Below, piece by piece: positions 1-10,096 of a stretch of DNA of 64,000 bases. Numbering within the stretch: the stretch's first letter is position 1; every line of letters starts with the position of its first letter. The notes under the pieces were generated by a model. That model was not told where the DNA came from. It did no database searches and was given only the letters and a program-made list of their open reading frames with translations. The position numbers and the translations under genes were made by a program. The stretch comes from a virus: IMG/VR virus record IMGVR_UViG_3300042905_003904, positions 32,001 to 96,000 of that record; one strand, 5' to 3'.

Positions 1-521
1 CTCAGTTTTCCCAGAACATTGGTATTGCCTATGCGTGGAATCTGGGGATGAAAATTGCTCAGTCAGAGGTTTGTGTTGTTTTAAATGATGACTGTGAAAT
101 AGGCGAAAATACTATGGAGGATTTAGTTAAACCGTTTAGTATAAATCCCAAAACAGGAGTTACTGGAGTTATTTGGGGAAATAATCCATCCGATGCAGCA
201 CAAACCCCACAAGGATTCCTAATTGCTTATAGAAAAGAGGCTTTGGAACAATGTGGATATTATGATGAGAAGGCTAGTCCATTGGCATGCGAAAGAGAGT
301 TGTCTCTTCGGTTGATCAGTCATGGTTGGAAAGCTTATGTCGTTAATGCCTATTGGAAACATATCCATGATATCTCTAATCATCCAGAGGCCGCTATTAA
401 CTATCTTGGAAACGTATGGATTCCTTTAAGAGATCAGCCATCCACCGAAAAACATTTACAAGAAAAAATAGTAGAACATAACTTTAACATTCGATATCCA
501 GATTTACCCCATGATTTATGA
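1..521 (+). CDS. GT2-family glycosyltransferase, 5'-truncated by window edge
   Basis: Frame stays open upstream of ATG 48 and reads QFSQNIGIAYAWNLGMKIAQSEVCVVLNDD, the GT2 'N-G---A-N-G ... lnDD' signature; later 'CGYYDE' and 'ELSLRL' motifs. Confidence 0.8.
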   Translation, partial: QFSQNIGIAYAWNLGMKIAQSEVCVVLNDDCEIGENTMEDLVKPFSINPKTGVTGVIWGNNPSDAAQTPQGFLIAYRKEALEQCGYYDEKASPLACERELSLRLISHGWKAYVVNAYWKHIHDISNHPEAAINYLGNVWIPLRDQPSTEKHLQEKIVEHNFNIRYPDLPHDL

Positions 522-1293
522 TTGTTTTAACTTCTTAAACGAAGAATTACTCCTTGAAGTTCGGATTGAGGAATTAAAGGATATAGTGGATAAATTTGTC
601 ATCTGTGAATCCAATATCACCGTATCCAATAAACCTAAACCCTTTTATTTAGAAACTACTGAGGTATACAAAAAGTGGAAAGATAGAATCATCTATCAAA
701 AATTAGAAAGAGAACCTCAAAATATTTCTTTGGCGGGAGAATCTAGACACGATTTGATGTATTTCCAGCGCAATAGTGTTATGGAAGCATTATCTGGATG
801 CAAATTAACAGATATAATAATGTTTTCAGATTTAGATGAAATACCCACAGCTAATGCTATAAAGGGGATCAAAGAGGTTCCTTGTGTTTTAGATCTGCGG
901 GGATATTATTGGTATCTAAACACGCCAATAATCAGTCCGGATAATCATGTTTGGTTCCCCTCAGTGGTTTGTAATTTATATGAGCACGTAAAATCCCAAA
1001 CACTAAATCAGATAAGGGAAAACAAAGGAAACTATCCGAGGGTTCCTAATTGTGGCTGGCATTTTTCTCATTTAGGGGATGAACACCAGCTTCATTACAA
1101 GATGATGGCTAGTTCCCATACAGAATATCACAGCGATCATTTCACTTCTCCTGAGAATATTAAGAGGCGCCGAGAAAATTTAATTGATCCGTATGATAGA
1201 GGTGGCTTTTCAATAGTTAAAGATGATAATTTACCTTTACCCAAATTTGTATTGGACAATAAAGAGAAATTTACTCACTTAATTAAACACTAA
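511..1293 (+). CDS. GT17-like glycosyltransferase (beta-1,4-GlcNAc transferase-like)
   Basis: MIYDCFNFLNEELLLEVR..FVICES, QRN, SDLDEIP and GWHFS motifs typical of the GT17/MGAT3-like family. Confidence 0.8.
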   Translation: MIYDCFNFLNEELLLEVRIEELKDIVDKFVICESNITVSNKPKPFYLETTEVYKKWKDRIIYQKLEREPQNISLAGESRHDLMYFQRNSVMEALSGCKLTDIIMFSDLDEIPTANAIKGIKEVPCVLDLRGYYWYLNTPIISPDNHVWFPSVVCNLYEHVKSQTLNQIRENKGNYPRVPNCGWHFSHLGDEHQLHYKMMASSHTEYHSDHFTSPENIKRRRENLIDPYDRGGFSIVKDDNLPLPKFVLDNKEKFTHLIKH

Positions 1294-2402
1294 TGGAAAC
1301 TCACGAAGAACTAACGCAGCAATATAGCACCTGGGGGGATAAACTACTTCAACATACGGATGTTTTAAATAGTATTCAGAATCACAGACAATTTAAACCA
1401 ATCACTATTCAGCTTGCCCCGGGAGAAATGTGCGATAGTGACTGCCCGTTTTGTTCGGTAGCAGCTAGGCCTTTAAAAAGCTTTTTACCGTGGCAAAAGG
1501 TAGTTCAAGTATTGACTGATTTTAAGGAATTAGGGGCAAAGAGTGTAGAAATCACAGGCGGCGGTAATCCTATGCTTTATAAAGACCGAGAAGCAAATAA
1601 GGACATTAATGATATTATAAGCCTTGCCTATGAATTGGGATATAAAATAGGCATTATTACCAATAGCAGTAATTTAGAAAAGATTAAGAAAGACAATCAC
1701 GAAAAAATTCAATGGATTCGTATTAGTCTAATCAAATTGGATGAAGGAAGAGCACCTGAAGACTATCAATTTCATGGATTTCCTTACTCCAAGCTAGGGT
1801 TTAGCTATATCATCTATGATGGAACCAACGGTATTCCGGATGTGTTGTCTAGAACTAAGAAACCTTATGCTGGAACCACCGTAAAATCTATACAAAAGAT
1901 TGCTAAGCTGGTAGAACTGCATCCTGGGATCAAGTTTGTTCGTATTGCTGGCAACTGTTTAATTAAAGGCAACAATGCGGATATTAAAACCCAATATAAA
2001 GAGGTAATTGATGAATTGGATAAATTTAATAAGTTCTTCATTAAGGATATTGGGGAAGATGACGGACCCTATGACAAGGGGTGTTATGTAGGAGCCATTC
2101 GACCATATATCGCAGCTCACCCACAAGGAACGGAAGTAGGAGAACATCAGGTGTATATTTGCACTAGTCATGTATTAAACCACAGGCTTTATGATTTGGC
2201 ATATTCCCTAGGATCTGTTTCTGATATTCTGTTAATATGGGAACGAATGAATTTAAGCTATTCCACTAACGGATATCCATATGACATTAAAGGGAATAAA
2301 GGTAAAGGCTGGTGTAATTCGTGCAAATATTGTTATTATAAATTTAATAACAAACTATTACACACGGTTGCTCAAGTGATGCCGGACAAAGATTTTCCCT
2401 AA
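1293..2402 (+). CDS. Radical SAM enzyme with C-terminal SPASM/twitch-like Cys cluster
   Basis: CDSDCPFC (CX3CX2C), ITGGGNP, C-terminal CYVG..C..CNSCKYC. Confidence 0.85.
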   Translation: METHEELTQQYSTWGDKLLQHTDVLNSIQNHRQFKPITIQLAPGEMCDSDCPFCSVAARPLKSFLPWQKVVQVLTDFKELGAKSVEITGGGNPMLYKDREANKDINDIISLAYELGYKIGIITNSSNLEKIKKDNHEKIQWIRISLIKLDEGRAPEDYQFHGFPYSKLGFSYIIYDGTNGIPDVLSRTKKPYAGTTVKSIQKIAKLVELHPGIKFVRIAGNCLIKGNNADIKTQYKEVIDELDKFNKFFIKDIGEDDGPYDKGCYVGAIRPYIAAHPQGTEVGEHQVYICTSHVLNHRLYDLAYSLGSVSDILLIWERMNLSYSTNGYPYDIKGNKGKGWCNSCKYCYYKFNNKLLHTVAQVMPDKDFP

Positions 2403-2403
2403 T

Positions 2404-3027
2404 ATGCATTTTACAGAAGAATATTACAAGAGTAAAAACTACCACGATTATCTGGATAGATATGGTAGATACCAGAAATTAGCGGGAGAATTAGATGGCT
2501 TATTTAAGAGTTTAGGACTACAAACGTTTTTAAAATACGGCAGGGTTTTGGATTATGGGTGTGCTGTTGGATTCCTAATAAAAGCACTATCTGAATTGGG
2601 GTATAAAGACATTTATGGAGTAGAAATTTCTAAATGGGCGAAAGATATTTGTAGGAAAGATGGAATTAAAATAGCATCAGAAAGACAAGTATCCATACCT
2701 AAGAATTTAATATTCTTTTTGGACGTATTGGAACACATTTCAAATGATGATATCTATAAGATTTTTAACAAAATAACATCCGATTTTATTATTGTCCGTA
2801 TACCAGTTACTACCAAGGATAATGGCGAATTTGTTTTAGATATATCCGAAAACGATCTTACTCATATTAATCGCAAAACCAAACAAAGTTGGATCGCGTT
2901 ATTGGATTCCTTAAATTATGAGTTATACTCCACTATCAACCTCAATACCATTTGGGATAGTAAAGGAGTGTTCTGTGCGATCTTCAAAGAAAAATCTGTT
3001 AAAATGGAAGAAATATTAGACCTATGA
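2404..3027 (+). CDS. Class I SAM-dependent methyltransferase
   Basis: RVLDYGCAVGF motif I, GVEIS, DVLEHI. Confidence 0.85.
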   Translation: MHFTEEYYKSKNYHDYLDRYGRYQKLAGELDGLFKSLGLQTFLKYGRVLDYGCAVGFLIKALSELGYKDIYGVEISKWAKDICRKDGIKIASERQVSIPKNLIFFLDVLEHISNDDIYKIFNKITSDFIIVRIPVTTKDNGEFVLDISENDLTHINRKTKQSWIALLDSLNYELYSTINLNTIWDSKGVFCAIFKEKSVKMEEILDL

Positions 3028-3722
3028 AAGAAGCCATTATAACCATGTCTATTGGCCGAGATCCCAATTCTCAATCTTGTATTGAGAGTATGAAGAGATA
3101 TGCAGAGAAATATGATAAAGACTTTTTTGCTATCGTAAACCCCAAAATACACAGGTATAATCTGTATTTTGAAAAATATCAGTATCTGGAACTGTTTAAA
3201 GATTATGATCGCGTTTTGTATTTGGATTCCGACGTTTTGATAACACCACAGGCGCGAAATATTTTTGAACTCTATCCTGACCCAGATAAGTTTTATGCCT
3301 TTGATGAAAGTAGCCCAACGGAATGGATGAATAGGGATAAATGGATTGAACAGATGCCAGTCAATTTTAGTTGGCCAATGAATAGAACAGGGGTTAGATC
3401 TTATTTTAATGCTGGAGTTCAATTGATAGGAAAAAACTGTTCTGGCATTATCAATAGACTTTTTATAGAACCATTTTCTGTTAATAGTTTTTATATAGAT
3501 CCCAGCGACCAAACCGCCTTAAATTATTTGTGTTTTAAATATGCTCCTTTAAGGTTTAGGTCTTTGCACTATACCTTTAATCGGATGGATTTAGGGGAAT
3601 ATGATACTCAGAATTTAAGATATAAGGCGGACTTTATCCATTATGCCGGCCCGTGCAAATACGGCAATGGAAATAAGTTAGAAACAATATCCAACGACTA
3701 CAAATACCTTTATGAAAATTGA
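3024..3722 (+). CDS. GT8-like glycosyltransferase
   Basis: RVLYLDSDVL (DxD), YFNAGV, DQTALNY, IHYAG. Confidence 0.8.
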   Translation: MKEAIITMSIGRDPNSQSCIESMKRYAEKYDKDFFAIVNPKIHRYNLYFEKYQYLELFKDYDRVLYLDSDVLITPQARNIFELYPDPDKFYAFDESSPTEWMNRDKWIEQMPVNFSWPMNRTGVRSYFNAGVQLIGKNCSGIINRLFIEPFSVNSFYIDPSDQTALNYLCFKYAPLRFRSLHYTFNRMDLGEYDTQNLRYKADFIHYAGPCKYGNGNKLETISNDYKYLYEN

Positions 3723-4320
3723 CCTAACCAAAGTAAAAGACTCCGATGTATCCTTTTTGGAGAAATACTACCCAGCAAAATACAACTTGCACAAATTTAA
3801 TGAAATGGGATCTGGAATCGAATCAGGGGAACATTACAAGTTACTCAATTATCTGGCGACGGATGTGTTTACTGGGACCAATATTTTAGATGTAGGAACT
3901 CGAGACGGCCTTAGTTGCTTGGCTCTTTGCCATTCCAAGAAGAATTTGGTGATTACCTATGATATCCTTAAAGTGGAGTTGCCGTTTCGACAGGAATATC
4001 CTAATGCCACAGCTAAACAGTTGGACATCCTATTAGAATCACCAGAAATATTAATAGGTGCACCGCTGATTAGCTTTGATATTGATCCACATGACGGCAA
4101 TCAAGAACCGCGATTCTTTGAAATCTTGGAAAAGATTGGCTATAAGGGAGTAGTAATTCTAGATGACATTAGCACCGAGAAGACCAGAAATTATTTTCCG
4201 GGAATGAGGGCTTGGTGGAATAGTATCACTCAGCGAAAATGGGATATTACAGAGTGGGGTCATGGCTCTGGAACTGGTTTGGTAGATTTTTCCGGGAAAT
4301 TGGAAGTTATTTTTGAATAA
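3712..4320 (+). CDS. SAM-dependent methyltransferase (Methyltransf_24-like)
   Basis: ILDVGTRDGLS motif I, DIDPH, GVVILDD. Confidence 0.7.
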   Translation: MKIDLTKVKDSDVSFLEKYYPAKYNLHKFNEMGSGIESGEHYKLLNYLATDVFTGTNILDVGTRDGLSCLALCHSKKNLVITYDILKVELPFRQEYPNATAKQLDILLESPEILIGAPLISFDIDPHDGNQEPRFFEILEKIGYKGVVILDDISTEKTRNYFPGMRAWWNSITQRKWDITEWGHGSGTGLVDFSGKLEVIFE

Positions 4321-5162
4321 TGAAACATCGAATTAATTTCTTCGACACCAACACAGGACCGAGTCCATTTGCTAATATGCACTGGCCGGTGCCTGATGAT
4401 GTAGAATACATTAAGCCGCCTCTTTTAGAGTATGATGGTATTACAGTATTCACCGATGAACAATGTTTTAGTCCTATAGTAGATCAAGTTAAATCCAAAT
4501 GGAAAATAGCATGGGCATTTGAGTCTCCGGCTATTAAGCCACATGTTTACCAGCATATTGATCAAATATCCCATAAATTTGATCAAATTTATGTATGCAA
4601 CCCAAGTATGGGAAACGGAAACCCCAAATACAAACAAAGTTATTTTGGGGCGTGCTGGATCCCAGAATCCCATTGTCAGATTTATCCTAAATCTAAATTA
4701 CTTTCTATAGTAGCCTCCAATAAAAACTATGCTCAAGGACACCAATTGAGGCATGAGGTTATTAGAAACAAGATGCACCCAGCATTAGACCTCTGGGGCT
4801 CTGGATATAATAAATTTGGCGACGAGCCATCAGAACGAATTAAACCATTTGTCCCCTATCAATATGTCATTGTCATCGAAAATTGCCAATATCCTGGATA
4901 TTTTACGGATAAAATTGTGGATTGTTTTGCTGCTGGTTGTATTCCTATCTATTGGGGTAACCCAAAAATTAAAGAACTATTTGATTCCAGGGGATTCTAC
5001 ACGTGGACCACTATCAGAGAACTAGGATTAATTCTAGACCATATTTCTAATGAAGATTATGAGTCTAAGAGACCGTATATCGAAGAAAACTTTAAAAGAT
5101 TCCCAGAATTTGCTTCTCCAGATCGATGGATGGCCCGAAATTGTTATGACTTACTAAAATGA
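4320..5162 (+). CDS. GT10 / alpha-1,3-fucosyltransferase-like glycosyltransferase
   Basis: YVIVIENCQYPGYFTDKIVDCFAAGCIPIYWG matches the GT10 alpha-1,3-FucT nucleotide-binding motif. Confidence 0.8.
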   Translation: MKHRINFFDTNTGPSPFANMHWPVPDDVEYIKPPLLEYDGITVFTDEQCFSPIVDQVKSKWKIAWAFESPAIKPHVYQHIDQISHKFDQIYVCNPSMGNGNPKYKQSYFGACWIPESHCQIYPKSKLLSIVASNKNYAQGHQLRHEVIRNKMHPALDLWGSGYNKFGDEPSERIKPFVPYQYVIVIENCQYPGYFTDKIVDCFAAGCIPIYWGNPKIKELFDSRGFYTWTTIRELGLILDHISNEDYESKRPYIEENFKRFPEFASPDRWMARNCYDLLK

Positions 5163-5974
5163 AATATTGTATACTAGGTAGCGAAGGACAGATAGGTTCT
5201 GTTTTAAAAGACGTGTTAAAGAAGGAAGGGCATGAGGTCCTTGAGATTGATTTGGTTTTGGGGCCAGAACACGATTTGCGGTATGATCGTGCCTGTGTAG
5301 TAGAGCGAGCAATTATGGATTCTGATTTTGTATTTTTCCTGGCATTTGACGTCGGGGGAAGTCATTATCTCCAGAAACATCAACACACTTTTGAATTTCT
5401 TCATAACAATATTCAGATGATGGTTAGAACCTTTGAGTATTTAAGAAAATATTCTAAACCATTCATTTTTGCATCCAGTCAGATGTCTAATATGAGTTAT
5501 TCTTCATATGGAACTGCTAAGGCGGTTGGAGAACTTTATACCAAGGCCTTAAATGGTTTAATTGTTAAGTTTTGGAATGTTTATGGGGTAGAAAAGGACT
5601 TAAACAAATCCCATGTGATTACAGATTTTATTAATCAAGCCAAGCAGGGTCGTATTTGGATGAAAACAGACGGAACGGAGCAAAGACAGTTCTTATTTGC
5701 TGAAGACGCTTGTTATGCCTTACTGACGCTGGCGGAAAAATATGATTCCGTTCCGAGAGAGGAACAGTTACACATCACTTCCTTTGAATGGCGAAGCATT
5801 TTAGATATTGCAGAATTAATTGCTTATTATATTCCTGCCGAAGTAATACCAGCAACGGCAAAGGATACTGTTCAGCAGGATAAACGAAATGAACCTGATG
5901 ACTTTATCTTAAAATATTGGCAACCAGTCACTCGCCTCCCAGAAGGCATTAAAAAAATTATAGACACGATATGA
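5159..5974 (+). CDS. NAD-dependent epimerase/dehydratase (extended SDR)
   Basis: GSEGQIG Rossmann motif, FASS, YGTAK (YxxxK), NVYG. Confidence 0.85.
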   Translation: MKYCILGSEGQIGSVLKDVLKKEGHEVLEIDLVLGPEHDLRYDRACVVERAIMDSDFVFFLAFDVGGSHYLQKHQHTFEFLHNNIQMMVRTFEYLRKYSKPFIFASSQMSNMSYSSYGTAKAVGELYTKALNGLIVKFWNVYGVEKDLNKSHVITDFINQAKQGRIWMKTDGTEQRQFLFAEDACYALLTLAEKYDSVPREEQLHITSFEWRSILDIAELIAYYIPAEVIPATAKDTVQQDKRNEPDDFILKYWQPVTRLPEGIKKIIDTI

Positions 5975-6957
5975 AACAAAAGCGCGCAATAGTATTTGGG
6001 GCTGGTGGATTTATTGGTGGGCATCTGGTAACTCGATTGAAATTGGAGGGATATAGAGTTTTGGGTGTAGACCTAAAGACTCATGAGTATCCTCACACCA
6101 TTTACGCGGATGACTTTTTTATAAAGGACTTAACAGATCCTTGGACATTAACGGAAATCATCAAAAACTGGCCTTGCGACGACCTTTATCAACTAGCCGC
6201 AGACATGGGTGGTGCTCCATATATCTTTTCTGGACAGAATGATGCGAACGTCATGCTCAATTCCGCAGGCATTAATATCAACACTATCAATTCAGTGGCT
6301 GGTCTTCTGGTGGGAAGCCGTCCAAGAATTTTCTACAGTTCTTCAGCATGTATATATCCTGCGTATAATCAATTAGATCCCCTCAACCCAAATTGTAAAG
6401 AGGATTCTGCTTATCCAGCGGCTCCTGATTCTGAATATGGGTGGGAAAAGCTATTTAGTGAGCGACTATATCTAGCAGCATCTCGCAACTATGGGTTGGA
6501 TGTTAGGATTGCAAGGTTTCACAACATCTTCGGCCCATTTGGAACTTGGTGTGGGGGCAAAGAAAAGGCACCGGCCGCCATTTGCCGTAAAATAGCACAA
6601 GCAGAAACGGGGGATACTATTGATATCATTGGGGACGGAGAACAAACTCGTTCATTTCTGTATGTGGATGAATGTGTGGAGGGGATTCGACGATTGATGG
6701 AAAGCAATTTCCCAGGACCTGTTAATATTGGTTCCGAAGAAATGATTAGTATCAATCAATTGGTCGCAGTTGTTTCTCAAATTGCTGGCAAACGAGTGAT
6801 TCTAAACCACATTGACGGTCCTCAAGGTGTTCGTGGTAGGAACTCTGACAATACGTTACTAAAGCAGAAGTTATGTTGGGCTCCCTCTCAACCATTAACG
6901 TCTGGATTGACTAAAACCTATAAATGGATCGAAAAACAAACAAAGCACAATACTTGA
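5971..6957 (+). CDS. GDP-mannose 3,5-epimerase-like SDR
   Basis: GAGGFIG, QLAADMGG, SSSACIYP, AYPAAPDSEYGWEKL, RFHNIFGP-GTW-GGKEKAPAAICRK: GME-family signature including the catalytic Cys and Lys. Confidence 0.85.
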   Translation: MKQKRAIVFGAGGFIGGHLVTRLKLEGYRVLGVDLKTHEYPHTIYADDFFIKDLTDPWTLTEIIKNWPCDDLYQLAADMGGAPYIFSGQNDANVMLNSAGININTINSVAGLLVGSRPRIFYSSSACIYPAYNQLDPLNPNCKEDSAYPAAPDSEYGWEKLFSERLYLAASRNYGLDVRIARFHNIFGPFGTWCGGKEKAPAAICRKIAQAETGDTIDIIGDGEQTRSFLYVDECVEGIRRLMESNFPGPVNIGSEEMISINQLVAVVSQIAGKRVILNHIDGPQGVRGRNSDNTLLKQKLCWAPSQPLTSGLTKTYKWIEKQTKHNT

Positions 6958-6991
6958 TTTTTCTGAATTATGCAAGAAAATTGTATAATAG

Positions 6992-8800
6992 ATGAAACAA
7001 GTAGTTTTCAAACAAGGCAGTATTCGGAATTTCTTATCTTTTGGGGAAGATACTTTTCATTTTCAGTTTTCGTCTGGGATTACTCTAATAACCGGAGAAA
7101 ATAGAGACAAGGGAGGAAAAAACGGCGTTGGAAAGTCAGGGGTCCCGGAATTTATTGCATGGGTCGTTTTTGGTAACACCTTAAGAGACATTAAGAAGGA
7201 TCAGATCACTTATGATAAGGCTACTTCTCCTTGTTATGGGGAGATAGAATTTGAGATTATTGATAACAATGTCATCAATCGGTATCATATCAAGCGACAG
7301 TTGGATCCCAATAGTGTCACTTTCATCAAAAACGGGGAAGATATTACAAGATCATCCATGCCTAAGACGGATGAGCTGATTCAAACTACAATCGGGGCCA
7401 ATATTGAAGTATTTCGCAATGCTATCATTATGTCCTCCACTAATACCTTACCCTTTATGGCTCAGGGTAAGACAGCCAAGCGCAAGTTTGTTGAGGGAGT
7501 ATTGAAACTGGGTATCTTTAGCAACATGCTGCTAAAGGTTCGATTGGATTATAATGATGAAAAGCGGGAAAATGACATTACTTCCACCCAGTTCTTGGAG
7601 AAAAACAAGAATTTAGACGTCTATCAGGCCCAATTAGAGAAAAATACTGCCCAGAAGCAATTAAAAATTAAAGAAATCCGGGATAAGATTGCAGAAAATC
7701 AGAAAACCATCGAGGAATTAACCAAAACCGGCGATATTAATCTCAAAAAGATTGCTTTGGCTCAGAAAATTGCCACTATTGAGGGCAAATTAGCCAAATT
7801 AGAAGAAAGAAATCAAAGTGAATCAGTCACTTATCAGGAAATTCTTAAAAATGAACATGTTTTAAGTGCTGAAAATCAAAGATTAAAGAAAGAACGCAAA
7901 GACGCATCAGAAAAGACCGGAACGTGTCCGACCTGTAAGCGTTCTTATTCGGATGCAGAAGAAAAGAAGCACCTTCAGCAACACTTGGTGGAATTAGATG
8001 CTAAGATTAAGCAATCTAAAGAGGAACATGATAAAGTAGAGGCAAAAAGGAAAAAACAGGAAGGAATTAATTTCTTAATTCAACAAGGCTTGACGAAATT
8101 AAGAAATACAGCTAAGCAGTCCTTTGAAGAACAGTCCAGTCTAGCACTATCCACAGAAAAGGTCAATCAACTGCAGGAATCCAATAGGTCCATGCAGCAA
8201 AACATCGATTCTTTAGAGACTGAGAAGGATTCGATGGAGACTTTAATCCAGAATACCCAAAAGGAACGAGAAACCACCGAAAAGACCCTGAAAGAAATTC
8301 AAAAGAAGCTGGTCATTTTAGAGACAGCCAAATTTGTGGTTTCAGAAGAGGGGGTAAAGAGCTATATCATCAAGAAATTGTTAGGCTTGCTGAATTCTAG
8401 GCTGAATTTTTATCTCCAAGCCCTGGAAGCCCCATGTAAATGTGAATTTAATGAGACCTTTGAGGAGACATTGACCAGTGATAACGGACAACAGAAGTCT
8501 TATTTCAATTACTCAAGTGGTGAAGCGCGCAGAATTGATTTGGCTATCCTGTTTATGTTCCAAGATATCCTAAGAATTCAGAGCGGAATATCATACAATA
8601 TCAGTATATATGATGAATTGTTGGATTCCGCCCTAGACGAGAAGGGTTCTATAAAGGTTCTGGATATTTTGCGGTCTCGGGTGGAACAATATAACGAAGC
8701 CGTCTATATTATCAGCCACAACAAAACGACTAGCAGCAATATTGACCAAACAATTGTTCTTGAAAAAATAAATGGTTGCACTAAAATTGCGTCTATCTAA
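6992..8800 (+). CDS. gp46: SbcC/Rad50-like recombination ATPase (T4 gp46-like)
   Basis: RNFLSFG, Walker A GKNGVGKS, long coiled coil with CPTC zinc hook, YSSGE signature, Walker B IYDE, SH. Confidence 0.93.
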   Translation: MKQVVFKQGSIRNFLSFGEDTFHFQFSSGITLITGENRDKGGKNGVGKSGVPEFIAWVVFGNTLRDIKKDQITYDKATSPCYGEIEFEIIDNNVINRYHIKRQLDPNSVTFIKNGEDITRSSMPKTDELIQTTIGANIEVFRNAIIMSSTNTLPFMAQGKTAKRKFVEGVLKLGIFSNMLLKVRLDYNDEKRENDITSTQFLEKNKNLDVYQAQLEKNTAQKQLKIKEIRDKIAENQKTIEELTKTGDINLKKIALAQKIATIEGKLAKLEERNQSESVTYQEILKNEHVLSAENQRLKKERKDASEKTGTCPTCKRSYSDAEEKKHLQQHLVELDAKIKQSKEEHDKVEAKRKKQEGINFLIQQGLTKLRNTAKQSFEEQSSLALSTEKVNQLQESNRSMQQNIDSLETEKDSMETLIQNTQKERETTEKTLKEIQKKLVILETAKFVVSEEGVKSYIIKKLLGLLNSRLNFYLQALEAPCKCEFNETFEETLTSDNGQQKSYFNYSSGEARRIDLAILFMFQDILRIQSGISYNISIYDELLDSALDEKGSIKVLDILRSRVEQYNEAVYIISHNKTTSSNIDQTIVLEKINGCTKIASI

Positions 8801-8937
8801 TATGTCAAAAAATTCAGCAGCAGTAGAAAAATGCGATAAAAGAATGGGTGGATATTCCCAAGCACAAAGAAATAATCTGCTCCGCCAGTCAAATAATTTA
8901 CAGTGCAAATATAAAAATCTCAATTATACTAAACAAA

Positions 8938-9759
8938 ATGACTAGTCCTATTCTTAATTTGGCAGAAAAATTTGAAAATAATCAGTGTGAGGGTCATACC
9001 ACAGGCTATCCAGCATACTTCATTCGCTTGAAGGGTTGCAATTTCCATTGTGGAATCGGATCTAAGCATATTAAAGAGATTCAAGATGCTGGTAGAAATA
9101 ATACCGATTCAGGAACTTTTATTGGCCAATTACACAAAGAAGGGTCTGCTACTTGGACTTGTGATACAGCACCCCTTTGGTTGTTTGGTGATAAAACCCC
9201 ATTTCAAGAAATTGTAGATGATTGGAAGAAATTGGATATTTTTGAATGGGTAAAAGAAGGCAGAGTTCATATTATCTGGAGTGGCGGTGAGCCCACTATT
9301 TTAAAACACCAGAAATCTATTATCGAATGTTTGGATTGGCTTCATGCTGATGATAAATTTCCGCAAACGTATAATGAAGTCGAAACTAATGGTTCCTTTT
9401 ATCTAGAACCAAAGTTTTTTGAGTGGATGCAACAGATTAACTGTTCTGCAAAGCTGGCCAATTCTGGAATGTCTAAAGAAAAGAGAATAGTTCCTGCTGC
9501 TATAAATCGAATTATGGAGCATCCTAATTATTGGTTTAAATTTGTAATTTCCGAAGAGAAAGACGTAGAAGAAATTATTAGAGATTACATTACTCCTTTT
9601 AATATTCCGTGGAGTCGAACAATTTTAATGCCTGGTTTGGATGATCGAGAAGACTTTCATGAAAGAACCCGATTCTGTTTAGAGATGGCGAAGAAATATG
9701 GATTTATTGGACTTACCCGTCTTCATGTTTCCTGTTGGAATAAGTGCGTAGGGGTGTAA
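8938..9759 (+). CDS. queE: 7-carboxy-7-deazaguanine synthase QueE (radical SAM); probable start ATG 8938
   Basis: EKF..Q.EG..TG.PA.FIRL.GCNFHC...WTCDT, SGGEP, EVETNG, CSAKL, FKFVI, RLHV; third Cys displaced by a 36-residue insert. Confidence 0.85.
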   Translation: MTSPILNLAEKFENNQCEGHTTGYPAYFIRLKGCNFHCGIGSKHIKEIQDAGRNNTDSGTFIGQLHKEGSATWTCDTAPLWLFGDKTPFQEIVDDWKKLDIFEWVKEGRVHIIWSGGEPTILKHQKSIIECLDWLHADDKFPQTYNEVETNGSFYLEPKFFEWMQQINCSAKLANSGMSKEKRIVPAAINRIMEHPNYWFKFVISEEKDVEEIIRDYITPFNIPWSRTILMPGLDDREDFHERTRFCLEMAKKYGFIGLTRLHVSCWNKCVGV

Positions 9760-9893
9760 TGAAAATATTTCTTCCCAGAATACCAACAGCTACGCCATAC
9801 AACAAAATGGAATTTGTTTCTATTTGGATGCTTAATTATGGCGGAACGTATAATAATGCTGTAAGGGTCTATCAGACAGCACTACTAGTCTGA
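9759..9893 (+). CDS. Small hypothetical protein (44 aa)
   Basis: ATG overlaps the queE stop (TAATG); MKIFLPRIP...; below the ORF-track cutoff. Confidence 0.4.
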   Translation: MKIFLPRIPTATPYNKMEFVSIWMLNYGGTYNNAVRVYQTALLV

Positions 9894-10042
9894 TGAAATA
9901 CATAGCCACAATTGTTATAGCCGCCTGGTGGCTTGCTGGTATTGCAATTGCAAAGGGGTTCTTTTCGACTATATTTTCAATCATGATACCACCCTATGCT
10001 TTCTATCTTGTGGTTGAGAAATTAGTTGTTCGTTTCCTATAA
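9893..10042 (+). CDS. Small membrane protein (49 aa)
   Basis: TGATG coupling; MKYIATIVIAAWWLAGIAIAKGFFSTIFSIMIPPYAFYLVVEKLVVRFL, two hydrophobic segments. Confidence 0.55.
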   Translation: MKYIATIVIAAWWLAGIAIAKGFFSTIFSIMIPPYAFYLVVEKLVVRFL

Positions 10043-10063
10043 ATAATTTTAGGATTAAAACTC

Positions 10064-10091
10064 TAGCCATTTCTCCCATGAATTCTAAGTT
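10064..10091 (+). promoter_or_regulatory. sigma70-like promoter, near-leaderless
   Basis: TAGCCA-16nt-TAAGTT, 5 nt before ATG 10097. Confidence 0.45.
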
Positions 10092-10096
10092 AATAC

